Shown here piece after piece: positions 63,806 through 64,000 of a stretch of DNA of 64,000 bases; positions within the stretch are counted from its first letter, which is position 1, and each line of letters opens with the position of its first letter. A program made the position numbers and the translations under genes. The stretch spans positions 150,288,001 through 150,352,000 of the forward strand of contig OX597816.1 of the NCBI GenBank assembly GCA_951406725.2. The letters run 5' to 3'. Below the pieces are notes generated by a model, which was not told where the DNA came from, did not search any database, and was given only the letters and a program-made list of their open reading frames with translations. The stretch is from Octopus vulgaris. Taxonomy: Eukaryota.

Positions 63806-64000
63806 GTATTCTTATTCGAGATTTGTTCTATATACATATACAGCGGTTTCATAATTTTAATAACAATTGACCGTTGATATTTAGATAGATATTTTAAATA
63901 ACGTCTCGTTAAAACAATCGAAGAAGTTTAGTAACATAAAATTTTATACACGCATAACTGAACTGGAGGGGAAAAATTTTATAATCAATAAATGTTCCAT

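Overview
Eukaryotic, AT-rich, repeat-dense genomic DNA. The SINE/LINE families look to me like those of an octopus or other coleoid cephalopod; this is inferred from repeat content and not verified. The only protein-coding exon I recognise with confidence is the first coding exon of a DCP1 mRNA-decapping activator gene (16424-16699, +). It has a long Ser/Thr/Ala-rich N-terminal extension and is followed by an intron that appears to run past the window end (>47 kb). A CpG-retaining region (~10.8-18.3 kb) probably holds a bidirectional promoter near 13.8 kb, with a candidate first coding exon of an unidentified minus-strand gene (13623-13644). The rest is intronic or intergenic: tRNA-derived SINEs, RTE, CR1-like and R4/Dong LINE remnants, mariner, pogo and hAT MITEs, a Helitron-like element and many microsatellites. 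Nearly all ORFs in the supplied track are spurious repeat or microsatellite translations. The most interesting signals are (i) several minimal hammerhead-ribozyme motifs in short non-coding Penelope-like or retrozyme-like elements, one fused behind a tRNA-like Pol III head in a head-to-head inverted dimer, and (ii) long near-perfect fold-back hairpins in the DCP1 intron that are candidate dsRNA/ADAR substrates. All calls come from manual reading; no database searches were run.
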